A stretch of 51,589 nt of DNA from positions 1 through 51,589 of the IMG/VR virus record IMGVR_UViG_3300033141_002903, one strand, 5' to 3'. The translations under genes and the position numbers were made by a program. Origin of the DNA: a virus (Duplodnaviria; Caudoviricetes). Every line of letters starts with the position of its first letter. Position 1 is the stretch's first letter. The notes beneath the pieces are model-generated. The model worked only from the letters and a program-made list of their open reading frames with translations, was not told the DNA's origin and did not search any database. Shown here in pieces: positions 9,701 through 18,186 of the stretch.

Positions 9701-11985
9701 ATGGTTGTAATTCAACAGATTTTGACAGGGCTTATGATGGGTATTTGATAAACAATTTAATTTTCCTAAATTCAACCTATGATGGAAACGAACAAAATAA
9801 CGTTAGTTTTAGTACTGCTGGAACAGATTTCTTATATTTTTATTTAGATGATAATTCTACTATGAAAAAAATATCTTTTTTGGTAAGTGCAGATTCGTAT
9901 GGTTTTGATTATGAGAATGGTGAAATATTTGGGACCTTTGATAATTTTGACGATATAGATTCAACAGAAACAAATGCAACCCTTGAAGGGAATATAATCA
10001 CTCCAGGAGGAAATAATCCTCAAAGTTTTTATTATGATGATTTTGAAGATGCTTCTATTAATACAGCACTTTGGTATGTTTGGTTATCAAATGGTGCATA
10101 TGGTTCAAATCCAACCCCCGGAGATAGATACACCTATACAATAGATAATGATGAAACAGAGGGGTATTTTGAATTGGAAGTTCAAAATTTCCATGAAGAT
10201 TTTAATTTAGATAATGCTGGAACAGAAACTGCAAATAATTACTTTGAGTCAAATGATACAAATGTGTGGATTAATGCTTATACGGCAAGTAATGTTATTT
10301 TTGAATTAGATTATTATGGAGTAGGTTCAGAACAAGCAACAAATTCTAAATGTTCTTTTGAAAATAGAGTTTATTTTGCTGGAAAAAGTATTTGGAATAG
10401 TTCTTTTGATTACTGCACAAGAGAAACTTCTCCGGGAAGTTATTCAGATTGCACAGATAATGCAGAAGCTATAGAGAATATTGTTTTTAATTTAACAAGA
10501 AATACAAACAACACTTGGACTGTTAAAATATCTGGAGTAGAACAAACTACTGGATACTGGAATAGAGGAGGAGGATCTGCTGATTGTGGAATTTTTACTA
10601 AAACTTATAATTATACTGCTGGAAATTACACTTTAACTTATACTTCTGGGAGTTGTTCAAATTCAAGCGGAAGTTTAACAAATGAATTTTTAATAAATCC
10701 TTCACTTTATCACACAGACCAATTTTTAGTGAATCAATTTTTATCTGGGAACTTTGATGATTCTACAAATAAAGGTTGTTTAGATATAGATTTTTGGACA
10801 AGAATTTATTATGTTAATCAAACATTACTTAATAGAACAAACACAACAGTCATTTCAGAATCTGTTTTTGATTCAAGTGCAGACATCGTTGCTGCAACGC
10901 CTTATTTCAATGTTGCTGGACCAGAGGGAACATCAAGCACAGGATATTTAAGTGCAGATAATGGAGATAACTGGGAGAGTATAACAAATGGAGTAGAGCA
11001 TCATTTTACAAATACTGGAAGAAATGTTAAATTTAGATTAGACTTTGATGTAGGAGTAGGAGGATATGTGAATAAAACGCAAGTCTTTGATTACATAAAC
11101 ATCTCAACAGAAGAAGGAAATTTAAGTTATGTTACTTTTGACTTCGGGGATGATGGAACAATAGATTACACAATACCTGGAAATTTTACTTCAGATAACG
11201 GAACACTTAATATTGATTTAACAAATGCAGATTTATCAAACTCTTTTACAGAAGTTAGGGACTTGCATACTCACACATATAAAATTCCTCTTGAAATAGG
11301 TTCTAATTCACCAGGATTATTAAAAATTGATGCAATTAATATAACTTATGACCCAAACCCAGTGCATTTAAATCACTCTTATATACAAGATTACTTGGAT
11401 AATTATGGGGAAAACGAAACTAACTTTACAATTCCAATTGGAGGAACAAATGGAAGCATTAATGTAAGTGATATAAAGTATGACTATGCTGGAGGAAATG
11501 ATACAATTACAATTACTGCCCACAATGAAGATTACTCTCTTAAAATAATAAGACAAATTATTTATTATTATTCTAGATGGGATTATGCTTTTGGTCCAAC
11601 TTATGTTAATTATATAGAATTCATTCCATTATCCCCAACAAGTAAAAATGTGAATGCTTATGGACAAACAAGTTCAACACCAATTTTGAATATAACTAAT
11701 TATGGATATTACGGTATATCTTCTAATCTTTCAGTTTATATGAATGATACAGAAGATACGGGGTGTGTTAATATTACTCTTAGTTTGGATAATAATAAAT
11801 CTAATGGTTATCAAATAGGAGAATATTGGACAGACCTAAATAAGTCATTAGGTTATTTAGAAACCAATGGAGTTTGGTTATGGGCTGATTATGAATGCAA
11901 TTATACTAATTGGAGATTATTTAACCCATATATTTATTTTAGACAATGTGCAAATAATTCAGTATGTTCGGAGGAATTAGTATAA
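6757..11985 (+). CDS. Giant LamG/ConA-like adhesin or receptor-binding glycoprotein
   Basis: LamG motifs (GLVAYYKLDE, AYSFDG, FKGTIDEIGIWNRTL); Ig/FnIII-like segments; N-terminal TM; many N-x-S/T sequons. Confidence 0.8.
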   Translation: MTRKIYAESVKKWAKGSGIVGGTLIGIIFIYLYTTGAISNVSYSGDVICAGTIEDPCYAYINFTANEDIFIYPTDYDPWGRNTIFNFDPAIKSWKLERSWGNGWREIPLNKSCTGTWCGLSNSQDERKFSVAFREGRNYSLRITAYKNNPNDDIKWGAFSGVDKIDPIFYGIEKYKIYNSELKEVTIRDKNVKELVKIKLLTPLNNYVGRGYQKVAEYEVNSKKELKILVSNIELYDKNDGMNPIIRPIDFKIKGIEQVEVNDYARVCEEIWNDTINNNTLTCTQKLIGSHYEERIIWTDLNKVDFKENESIIVGLFTNVKKGDKIEWIPTFQIGSKGFKIEEWATWTEDLNAGLVAYYKLDETTGDVIDATGKYNGINYGATRGVTGKINNAYSFDGSNDYTNHSNPAGLQLTDYFTFNAWVYWGGAGSANQDVIFSRWENSNEKSYVFNLNKDTGNLQAYLSSDGTTTSFPGKCNTSFPTNQWAMATITYNKTAGEVIFYMNGQKYNTEFFSSSLYVGNSNFFLGRFYNSEFFKGTIDEIGIWNRTLNDSEIVDLYNGGAGITWTVNYAPNSPILNAPLDDATGVSLNPILNVTVSDPDGDVMNVTFIKNLDNSVICTNNSISNNTVVTCTWSGLSELTDYQWYVNVTDGSLTTQSDFWNFTTGDFTNPKWEQNKTNITTKTDYLDSVYFNITLNDSSADYYIFRWYNGTAWVNDSAVSYTDGEEVSVIKTINVLSDSFQINWTFYFNDTFGNSNQSDEWSVSIDNYNPRIEFISPTLSNNSVKDRNWIYVNVSVTEANFRDIVFNLYWSNQTILNSTNYTSGIYEINWTGLSYGKYYYNVTVYDTYSHSNSTETRILYLSDLNLSLEGLYSNISVELNTPIDIVANSSVDFGDIFIDIVYPGYGINYTNGSWGVSLIDFLVSYFRKNVLADGSTSKLFSFSGLYVNDTGLKISSHQYDEVVGLKLNISSNDSVIDPVFYGCNSTDFDRAYDGYLINNLIFLNSTYDGNEQNNVSFSTAGTDFLYFYLDDNSTMKKISFLVSADSYGFDYENGEIFGTFDNFDDIDSTETNATLEGNIITPGGNNPQSFYYDDFEDASINTALWYVWLSNGAYGSNPTPGDRYTYTIDNDETEGYFELEVQNFHEDFNLDNAGTETANNYFESNDTNVWINAYTASNVIFELDYYGVGSEQATNSKCSFENRVYFAGKSIWNSSFDYCTRETSPGSYSDCTDNAEAIENIVFNLTRNTNNTWTVKISGVEQTTGYWNRGGGSADCGIFTKTYNYTAGNYTLTYTSGSCSNSSGSLTNEFLINPSLYHTDQFLVNQFLSGNFDDSTNKGCLDIDFWTRIYYVNQTLLNRTNTTVISESVFDSSADIVAATPYFNVAGPEGTSSTGYLSADNGDNWESITNGVEHHFTNTGRNVKFRLDFDVGVGGYVNKTQVFDYINISTEEGNLSYVTFDFGDDGTIDYTIPGNFTSDNGTLNIDLTNADLSNSFTEVRDLHTHTYKIPLEIGSNSPGLLKIDAINITYDPNPVHLNHSYIQDYLDNYGENETNFTIPIGGTNGSINVSDIKYDYAGGNDTITITAHNEDYSLKIIRQIIYYYSRWDYAFGPTYVNYIEFIPLSPTSKNVNAYGQTSSTPILNITNYGYYGISSNLSVYMNDTEDTGCVNITLSLDNNKSNGYQIGEYWTDLNKSLGYLETNGVWLWADYECNYTNWRLFNPYIYFRQCANNSVCSEELV

Positions 11986-13457
11986 TGCCAGTCAGAAACA
12001 TCAGAAGTCTAGGAAATAGTAAGCCAATTCCAATATATGTTTGGATACCACCAATTTATAATCCCGTATATAAGATAGAAGTTGTAACTAGTTCAAATAC
12101 ATATGATATTACAAGTATCATGATTGAAGGTGAATATACTGATGGGATAACAGAAACCATAGGCTCTTTTGAATTTAAAATAGATAATTCTAGCGAAATT
12201 TATACAGACTTATTTAGCCCCTATGATAAGGTTAATATATATATGGATTATGGAGCAACTGCTACTACAAAAGTTTTCACTGGAAAAATAGAAAGAATTT
12301 CTAAAACAAATAATTCCCTTGTTTTAACTGGTAGAAGTTCTGCAATAAGGACGATAGGTAAAAATGTGACTTATTCAGTAACAAATACTAAAAGAAGTGA
12401 TGTTCTAAAGGCAATAATAAATAAGTATTTTGATTACATTACAACAAATAATCTAGAAGATGATGATACTTTAATAGATGTTGATTATGAAGAAAAACCT
12501 TTTTGGGAAGTTGTAGAGGAATTGTGTTTGGCTGCTGGATATGATGCTTATATTGACCAAGATTTTGATTTTCATTATTTTCAAAGCGGTTCAAGACAGA
12601 ATACTACTGAAGCTGTTGTGCATAATGCAAATATTGTTGATGTTGGGGATTTTAGTCCAGACCTACAATTAGTTTATAATAAAGTTAGAGTATATGGAAA
12701 AAGCATAAATGACTTACCAATTTTCGCTACAGCAGAAGATTCCTCTAGTCAGAGTCAATACGATGTTAAGGAATTAACAATTCACGATACAAGCATAAAT
12801 ACTGTTGAGCAAGCACAGGCAAGAGCAGACTATGAATTAAGTGTTAATAAAGACCCTCCAATAATAGGGAGTGTTTTATCTCTTGGATTGCCTACAATTA
12901 AACCAGGAGAGCAAATTAGAATATCTGACCCACAAAACGGACTTGAACCAAAATATTACACTATCCAAAAATTCACCCATAAATTCAGCAATGATGACCC
13001 CTTTATGACTGAATTGACTATTCAGAAAGAAAGAACAACTGTATCCCAAATCCTAAAAAAGAGAATTAAATTTGAATTTTCTAGCTCTGAAAAAAACAAT
13101 CCAAATGAGTTAGACCATTCTTATTTAATTACTTTTGATTCTGATTCAGGAACCCACACAAACACCGAAATTGACACAAATATTGGGGTTCTCAAGGTAG
13201 CTAGCGGAAGTTCTAGTGGTGTATGGATTAGTGATAATTATGAGGTTGATGAAAATATTACTGTTGCTGAAGTTAGATTGTCAGGAAATAATCTTGGTGG
13301 CTCAAGTGTATATATCAGTCTTACTGGTGGTGAGCCATATACTCCAATAACACTTAAACAAGCAAACGCACAGTCTGGAAACAATATCCGTATTAAGGTT
13401 GCTCTAGCAAATGCAAATGCAGAATTAAAAACAATCGCTGTTTATTATAAATACTAA
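11985..13457 (+). CDS. Baseplate hub/tail-tip (Tal/gpD-like) protein
   Basis: 'VFTGKIERISK', 'GYDAYIDQDFDFHY', 'YNKVRVYG', 'IKPGEQIRI' pattern. Confidence 0.7.
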   Translation: MPVRNIRSLGNSKPIPIYVWIPPIYNPVYKIEVVTSSNTYDITSIMIEGEYTDGITETIGSFEFKIDNSSEIYTDLFSPYDKVNIYMDYGATATTKVFTGKIERISKTNNSLVLTGRSSAIRTIGKNVTYSVTNTKRSDVLKAIINKYFDYITTNNLEDDDTLIDVDYEEKPFWEVVEELCLAAGYDAYIDQDFDFHYFQSGSRQNTTEAVVHNANIVDVGDFSPDLQLVYNKVRVYGKSINDLPIFATAEDSSSQSQYDVKELTIHDTSINTVEQAQARADYELSVNKDPPIIGSVLSLGLPTIKPGEQIRISDPQNGLEPKYYTIQKFTHKFSNDDPFMTELTIQKERTTVSQILKKRIKFEFSSSEKNNPNELDHSYLITFDSDSGTHTNTEIDTNIGVLKVASGSSSGVWISDNYEVDENITVAEVRLSGNNLGGSSVYISLTGGEPYTPITLKQANAQSGNNIRIKVALANANAELKTIAVYYKY

Positions 13458-13458
13458 A

Positions 13459-13731
13459 ATGTTTTTGATATGTTGGTTTAAATTTTATTGTATGATAATG
13501 TTTGCTATGTGTATAGACAATCTTTTCTGGATTTCTTCAAGTCCAGAATATAGAACTTTTAAGAAATTATTGTGGTTTAGAAAATCTTCTGTAAAAATTA
13601 TGATTAATGGAAAAATTTATAATACAAAAATACATTATATAATAAATTACAGAATTAAATCTGTAATAACTTGCTGGAGGGATATTTTACCAGCAGTTAT
13701 TGTATCATTGATTTTAGCAATATGTGGATAG
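13459..13731 (+). CDS. Small membrane protein
   Basis: Hydrophobic ends. Confidence 0.5.
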   Translation: MFLICWFKFYCMIMFAMCIDNLFWISSSPEYRTFKKLLWFRKSSVKIMINGKIYNTKIHYIINYRIKSVITCWRDILPAVIVSLILAICG

Positions 13732-13934
13732 AAAAAGAAATTATTGGATTAAAGAAAGAAGTTGATATTATAAATGAGAATATAGAAAATATTGAAAAAA
13801 AGTTAAAATCTAATGATATATCGGGGATGATTAAGAGAATTTCAGAGATAAATTCCCGTTTAACTGAAATAGAAAAGAATTTAAATCATAAAAACGTTGG
13901 ATTTTTAACTAAAATTTGGAGGAAAATATGGTAG
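13722..13934 (+). CDS. Coiled-coil protein
   Basis: Heptad pattern; likely start MWIEK. Confidence 0.5.
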   Translation: MWIEKEIIGLKKEVDIINENIENIEKKLKSNDISGMIKRISEINSRLTEIEKNLNHKNVGFLTKIWRKIW

Positions 13935-14095
13935 AAGGATATTGTATCCACTGCAAGTCAAGGGTTAAAATTCTTGATTTAGAGTTTGTTAGAAGAAGCC
14001 CACGGAATGGGATACTCTGTTATAGGGGAAAATGCTCTGTGTGTGGTGGTGGTGTTGGAAAACTTTCAACACAAGAATTAAATTTGGAGGAATAA
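13928..14095 (+). CDS. Zinc-ribbon protein (DUF5679-like), missed by the ORF track
   Basis: MVEGYCIHCKSRV...NG..YRGKCSVCGG, two CxxC pairs, 55 aa. Confidence 0.65.
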   Translation: MVEGYCIHCKSRVKILDLEFVRRSPRNGILCYRGKCSVCGGGVGKLSTQELNLEE

Positions 14096-14096
14096 A

Positions 14097-14312
14097 ATGG
14101 CTAGGATAAAAAGTCCACGTATGAGCCTTAAAGGTTGGAGTTTTGGACAATGGTTGAAAGGTAATTGGAAAACCATTAAGGAACTCTTGAAGGTAGGGCT
14201 TCCATTAGTTGCTTCAATGAACTTATTTGACCCTGTATGGGCAGAGTTCATATCAACTATTTTAGGTAAGTTCCTTTTAGACACAGGCGAATACTTTTTT
14301 AAAAAATATTAA
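14097..14312 (+). CDS. Small membrane protein, holin-like
   Basis: GGAGG upstream; amphipathic/hydrophobic; at the end of the late operon. Confidence 0.5.
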   Translation: MARIKSPRMSLKGWSFGQWLKGNWKTIKELLKVGLPLVASMNLFDPVWAEFISTILGKFLLDTGEYFFKKY

Positions 14313-14313
14313 A

Positions 14314-14451
14314 ATGCCAGAGGCATTAGATAGAATTTACAGGAAAGTTGTAGAGCAAGTTAGAGAAGCTCATCCAAATTGGTCTAATGATAAGATAGTT
14401 GAAACTGCTTGGAAGATTTCTTGGAGCATATATAAGAGAAAATATAAGTAA
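14314..14451 (+). CDS. ChaB-like small protein, missed by the ORF track
   Basis: MPEALDRIYRKV...ETAWKISWSIYKRKYK resembles the ChaB pattern. Confidence 0.5.
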   Translation: MPEALDRIYRKVVEQVREAHPNWSNDKIVETAWKISWSIYKRKYK

Positions 14452-14462
14452 TTTTTTTAAAA

Positions 14463-14522
14463 CCCTGCCAGGTTACTCAGAACTCAATTTAGAATCAATG
14501 GAGTTCTTTTCACCTGGTGGGG
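14463..14522 (+). other. Long imperfect hairpin at the end of the late operon
   Basis: CCCTGCCAGGT/ACCTGGTGGGG and AGAACTC/GAGTTCT pair, with G.U wobbles on the + strand. Confidence 0.55.
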
Positions 14523-14583
14523 AAAAAGAGGTGATATTATGATAATATAAATAGCATATATAAATGTTTCTATAAGAAATAAA

Positions 14584-14600
14584 TGGGGCATAAAGCCCCA
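14584..14600. terminator. Hairpin at the convergence of the two arms
   Basis: TGGGGC-ATAAA-GCCCCA flanked by A-rich sequence, 13 nt beyond the stop of the S-layer-like gene. Confidence 0.55.
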
Positions 14601-14613
14601 AAAATTAAGGAAA

Positions 14614-16080
14614 TTAAATCAACGTAATTGTTGATTCTAATTTTTCTTCAGGGACAACAATATTGATTTCTTGGTCATCAACAGAATCTTCTGGATTCTT
14701 TATAAGGACTCCATAATCTGTTAGATAGTCGTCCTCATTAGATGAAATATCTGTTCCACTAACCTTTATGGATGTTAAATCCATTGGGAACTCGATATTA
14801 TCTATTCTAATATTACCAGAAACCAATTTTAGTGACAAGTCAGAATCTCCCAATTCTGCTTCTGTTCCAATTAACTCGAAATCCTTGTCATAGATTCCAG
14901 TATCATTGATATAAACTTTTTCATAATCGTTTATACCAGATAGGAACAATCCACGAGCCTCAACATAATCTACACCATTTCTTGTATCTAATTCAAAAGA
15001 ATAATCTTCTGAATCTTCTTCAAGAACTCCATCATATCTTACACAAACATAATCGTTTGGAAGACATAATTTTTCAGATGCAGCAAGAGGCTTGTATTCA
15101 TCGTCCAATTCCATAAATTCTTCATTAAGAACAATTCCGATGGAATTAGCACTTATCTTCCATTCCCAGATACTGTCTTCTTCATATTCGTCTCCGTTTT
15201 CTACAGTTTTTTCAACCTCATCACCCAAGACAACGATAGCCTTAAGGACAGGTCCAACTTCACTATAGATAACATTCTTGACTTCGATTTCGAGTCCATT
15301 AACCTTCTTTGTTTCACCTTCTTCTATTTCCTTAGTATCACCATTAACACTAATGAAAATAGAATTTTCCATGACATGAAGTAGTTTGAACTCTTTGTCA
15401 CCAACAACCTTCACTTCACCCTCAGACATCAAGGATTCTTCTCCTTGTGTAAAGGTTACTTTATCACCATCCCATTCAGAAACTTCAACCTCCTTACCTA
15501 ATAATGTGAAAACAAGGGTTTCCTCATCATCGATAAGTGAGGTATCTAAATCAGAATCGAATACCATTTTGTATTCGATTCCCTCGAAAGGGATTGTAAG
15601 GTATGGTACTCCCTTGAAATCATCTTCGTTTGCCAAAACCTCTAATCCAGATAAGATTAAAGATTCTTCAGCATCATACCTATCACCATCAAAATCGACT
15701 TTTCCATCAAATAGGGTCTTTATTTCTCTATCTGAAAATTCATCATCAATTGATGTTGATAAGAAGATTTTATCAAGCAAGTATCCTACAATAGAAGATT
15801 CATCTGTACCTTCTGTTGATTGTTTGGTTGTTGCCTCTGCAAGTTTAGTGGTCAATTCATTAATGGTTGCGTCCTTAGAATCCAACTTTGCCTGAAATTC
15901 AGATGCTTGTTCTGAAAGGGCTTTGTTAAGTTCAGATTCATATTCTGCTTGTAGTTTTCCACCCATATCGTTCAATTTGATGTATGCACCAAAAGAGAAC
16001 AATACGAATAGAACAGCCATTATTCCTAAGAACCACTTAAAACCATTGTTTATTCTTACAGAATTTTTTGCTTGAACCAT
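14614..16080 (-). CDS. S-layer-like protein (acidic, N-terminal TM plus coiled coil)
   Basis: GGAGG before MVQAK; TM FLGIMAVLFVLFSFGAY; 'FTLLGKEVEV...EGEVKVV...ISVNGDTKEIEEGETKKVNGLEIEV' resembles archaeal S-layer proteins. Confidence 0.7.
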   Translation of the reverse strand: MVQAKNSVRINNGFKWFLGIMAVLFVLFSFGAYIKLNDMGGKLQAEYESELNKALSEQASEFQAKLDSKDATINELTTKLAEATTKQSTEGTDESSIVGYLLDKIFLSTSIDDEFSDREIKTLFDGKVDFDGDRYDAEESLILSGLEVLANEDDFKGVPYLTIPFEGIEYKMVFDSDLDTSLIDDEETLVFTLLGKEVEVSEWDGDKVTFTQGEESLMSEGEVKVVGDKEFKLLHVMENSIFISVNGDTKEIEEGETKKVNGLEIEVKNVIYSEVGPVLKAIVVLGDEVEKTVENGDEYEEDSIWEWKISANSIGIVLNEEFMELDDEYKPLAASEKLCLPNDYVCVRYDGVLEEDSEDYSFELDTRNGVDYVEARGLFLSGINDYEKVYINDTGIYDKDFELIGTEAELGDSDLSLKLVSGNIRIDNIEFPMDLTSIKVSGTDISSNEDDYLTDYGVLIKNPEDSVDDQEINIVVPEEKLESTITLI

Positions 16081-16199
16081 CTTGTTACTTTTACCTCCTT
16101 TCAGCTCTATAAAAAAAGTACTCCTTGAGTATCTCAAGAGTATTATTTCTAGCCACCAAATCCATAATTTTTAATGGATTTTATCCTTTTTAAGTGTTT

Positions 16200-16613
16200 C
16201 TATAATCCAAGAATTTCTTCTGCGTTGTTTATATTCCATTCTTCAACACGAATAGGAACAATATCTGTAATATCTTTTGGATAATATTCTAATTTATTTA
16301 GAAACATATCTTTTGTTTCTGATTTCAGGACTTCGATTATCCAAGCCATACCATTACCAATACATAAAATATCTGCCCTTCCAGAATCATTAAATTCAAC
16401 TTCTGTAAAAACTTTGTATCCTTTATTAACAAGATACCATACAATATCAGACATAACCCTAAAATGTTCATAACTTACACCCTTCCAACATTTCACAAAA
16501 CCAATTTTGCTTCCAGACCTAGAACTATATTTAATTGATTGCAAGATTCTATATTCAAATTCTTTTTTTTGTTGGGAATTCATTTTAATTTCTTTATCAT
16601 AATATAAGAGCAA
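16200..16613 (-). CDS. PD-(D/E)xK-like nuclease
   Basis: 'GYKVFTEVEF..GRADIL...IIEVLK'. Confidence 0.6.
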   Translation of the reverse strand: MLLYYDKEIKMNSQQKKEFEYRILQSIKYSSRSGSKIGFVKCWKGVSYEHFRVMSDIVWYLVNKGYKVFTEVEFNDSGRADILCIGNGMAWIIEVLKSETKDMFLNKLEYYPKDITDIVPIRVEEWNINNAEEILGL

Positions 16614-16691
16614 GGATTTCTAGCCTTACATTTAACAATAAGTTCATTATTGCGTATAAATCTAATTGCTGTTTTTCCACAACGAGGGCAT

Positions 16692-16961
16692 TTAATTTTC
16701 TTTGAATACGATTCCATTTTCTTTCAATATTCTAATTGCCTCTTTCTTGTGCTTACATAATGGGTTCTTATTAATCATAGTATCCTTACAAGTGCAATCA
16801 GTATCAACTAAAATTTCATTTATTTCATCTATTTTTATTTCAGTTATATGTAGTCCGTCTTTTGGATTTGTTGGTTTAAAGTTAAATTCATATATTCTAT
16901 TCCATCTTCTGTCTAATCTAGTTCTATATGGAATTATCTTTATTCCCATTTGAAAAAGCAT
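16692..16961 (-). CDS. SWIM-type zinc-finger protein
   Basis: CTC...CKH motif. Confidence 0.7.
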   Translation of the reverse strand: MLFQMGIKIIPYRTRLDRRWNRIYEFNFKPTNPKDGLHITEIKIDEINEILVDTDCTCKDTMINKNPLCKHKKEAIRILKENGIVFKEN

Positions 16962-17199
16962 CCATCTTTTTTGTTAGTTGTTTAAGCAACTCCAATCCTT
17001 TTTTAGTTAGGTTTATTTTCTTGAATTTTCCAACATATTCGTATCGAATAAGACCTTTTTTCTTTAATTTACCTAATACAATTAGCCCATATGATTTTGT
17101 ACATATACCCCTACATATATTGGCTGCGTGATTTATTTTTTTTGTAGATGCTGATAACAATATCTTTCTTTCTGTTAATGATAATTTAACCTCATTCAT
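16924..17199 (-). CDS. Winged-helix DNA-binding protein
   Basis: 'LGKLKKKGLIRYE...INLTKKGLELL'. Confidence 0.7.
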   Translation of the reverse strand: MNEVKLSLTERKILLSASTKKINHAANICRGICTKSYGLIVLGKLKKKGLIRYEYVGKFKKINLTKKGLELLKQLTKKMDAFSNGNKDNSI

Positions 17200-17614
17200 T
17201 AGTTCTGATTACACCCTCCCTTATTTGTTTTTCTAAAGGTCTAACCATATAATTCTCATTATGCCATATTCTATGTTGTAATTGCTTTATTTGGGCTCTA
17301 ACCCTTTTCATAGGCATATCCATTTTTATAAATTCTTCTTGTGTTGCAATTTCAACCTTAAGCGATTCCTTTTCTATGTCTTCTAGTTCCTTTCCTTCAG
17401 CTGTTTTTCCACTCTTAAGTTGCTCTTTCAAATTTTTTAGATTTTGCTCTGCAAGTTTATGGTCCAACCTTATTTCTAATCTTTTTTCGAGGTTCTTTAT
17501 GCTAAGCTTATCTTCTTCTATTTGTTGTTTGATTTCAGATAGTTTAGCCTTTTTCATTATTATGTCTCTTTCACTAAGTTCAATAACTCTATTCATTTTT
17601 TCACCTCCTTTCAC
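17192..17614 (-). CDS. Coiled-coil hypothetical protein
   Basis: E/K-rich heptads with an internal repeat. Confidence 0.65.
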   Translation of the reverse strand: MKGGEKMNRVIELSERDIIMKKAKLSEIKQQIEEDKLSIKNLEKRLEIRLDHKLAEQNLKNLKEQLKSGKTAEGKELEDIEKESLKVEIATQEEFIKMDMPMKRVRAQIKQLQHRIWHNENYMVRPLEKQIREGVIRTNE

Positions 17615-18186
17615 TTATCTAAATCTAATGGTTTAATTATTTTAATGTATCCTTCACGATGCAATCTTGTAAGAGCAACGTTCAGGTGTTTATTCAGGTC
17701 AGATAATGTTGGCATACTTTTTTTCATTTCTAATGTTATTTTGCCTTGTTCCTCTCTTAAAAAAGCTATTTGGTCCTTAATTTCCCTAACTATTTGAACT
17801 ATTGCTGGAACTGTTCTGATAAATTTTAAATAAGTTCTAATATCGTCTATATCTTCTTTTTCTATGTTATCTAATGTTTTTTTTGCTAAATCATGCAACC
17901 TGTCCATTGTTTCAACTATTTCATTAAATCTATTGTCCATAGCCTTAATGTGTTCTTTAAAATGATTTCCATGTTTCTTACTTACTGTTAGACTTAAAGC
18001 CATTTCGTCTTGATATAATTTTTTAACAGTAGGAACAGATAATTTGACATCTTGTGCTATTTCGTCCCAAGTTTTTCCTTTACCCCTTAATAGAATTATT
18101 TTTTGTCTTTCTTTCAGGTGTCTTGATTCAGATGCCTTGCCGTCTATTTTTAGTCTGGGATTTATAGTAACTTTTTTCTTTTTCAT
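17611..18186 (-). CDS. HTH protein, possibly terminase small subunit-like
   Basis: 'GKTWDEIAQDVKLSVPTVKK' HTH followed by a helical region. Confidence 0.55.
   Translation of the reverse strand: MKKKKVTINPRLKIDGKASESRHLKERQKIILLRGKGKTWDEIAQDVKLSVPTVKKLYQDEMALSLTVSKKHGNHFKEHIKAMDNRFNEIVETMDRLHDLAKKTLDNIEKEDIDDIRTYLKFIRTVPAIVQIVREIKDQIAFLREEQGKITLEMKKSMPTLSDLNKHLNVALTRLHREGYIKIIKPLDLDK

Noticed and set aside
6757-11985. Diversity-generating retroelement targeting the adhesin
   Set aside because: No reverse transcriptase and no TR/VR pair differing at adenines were seen.
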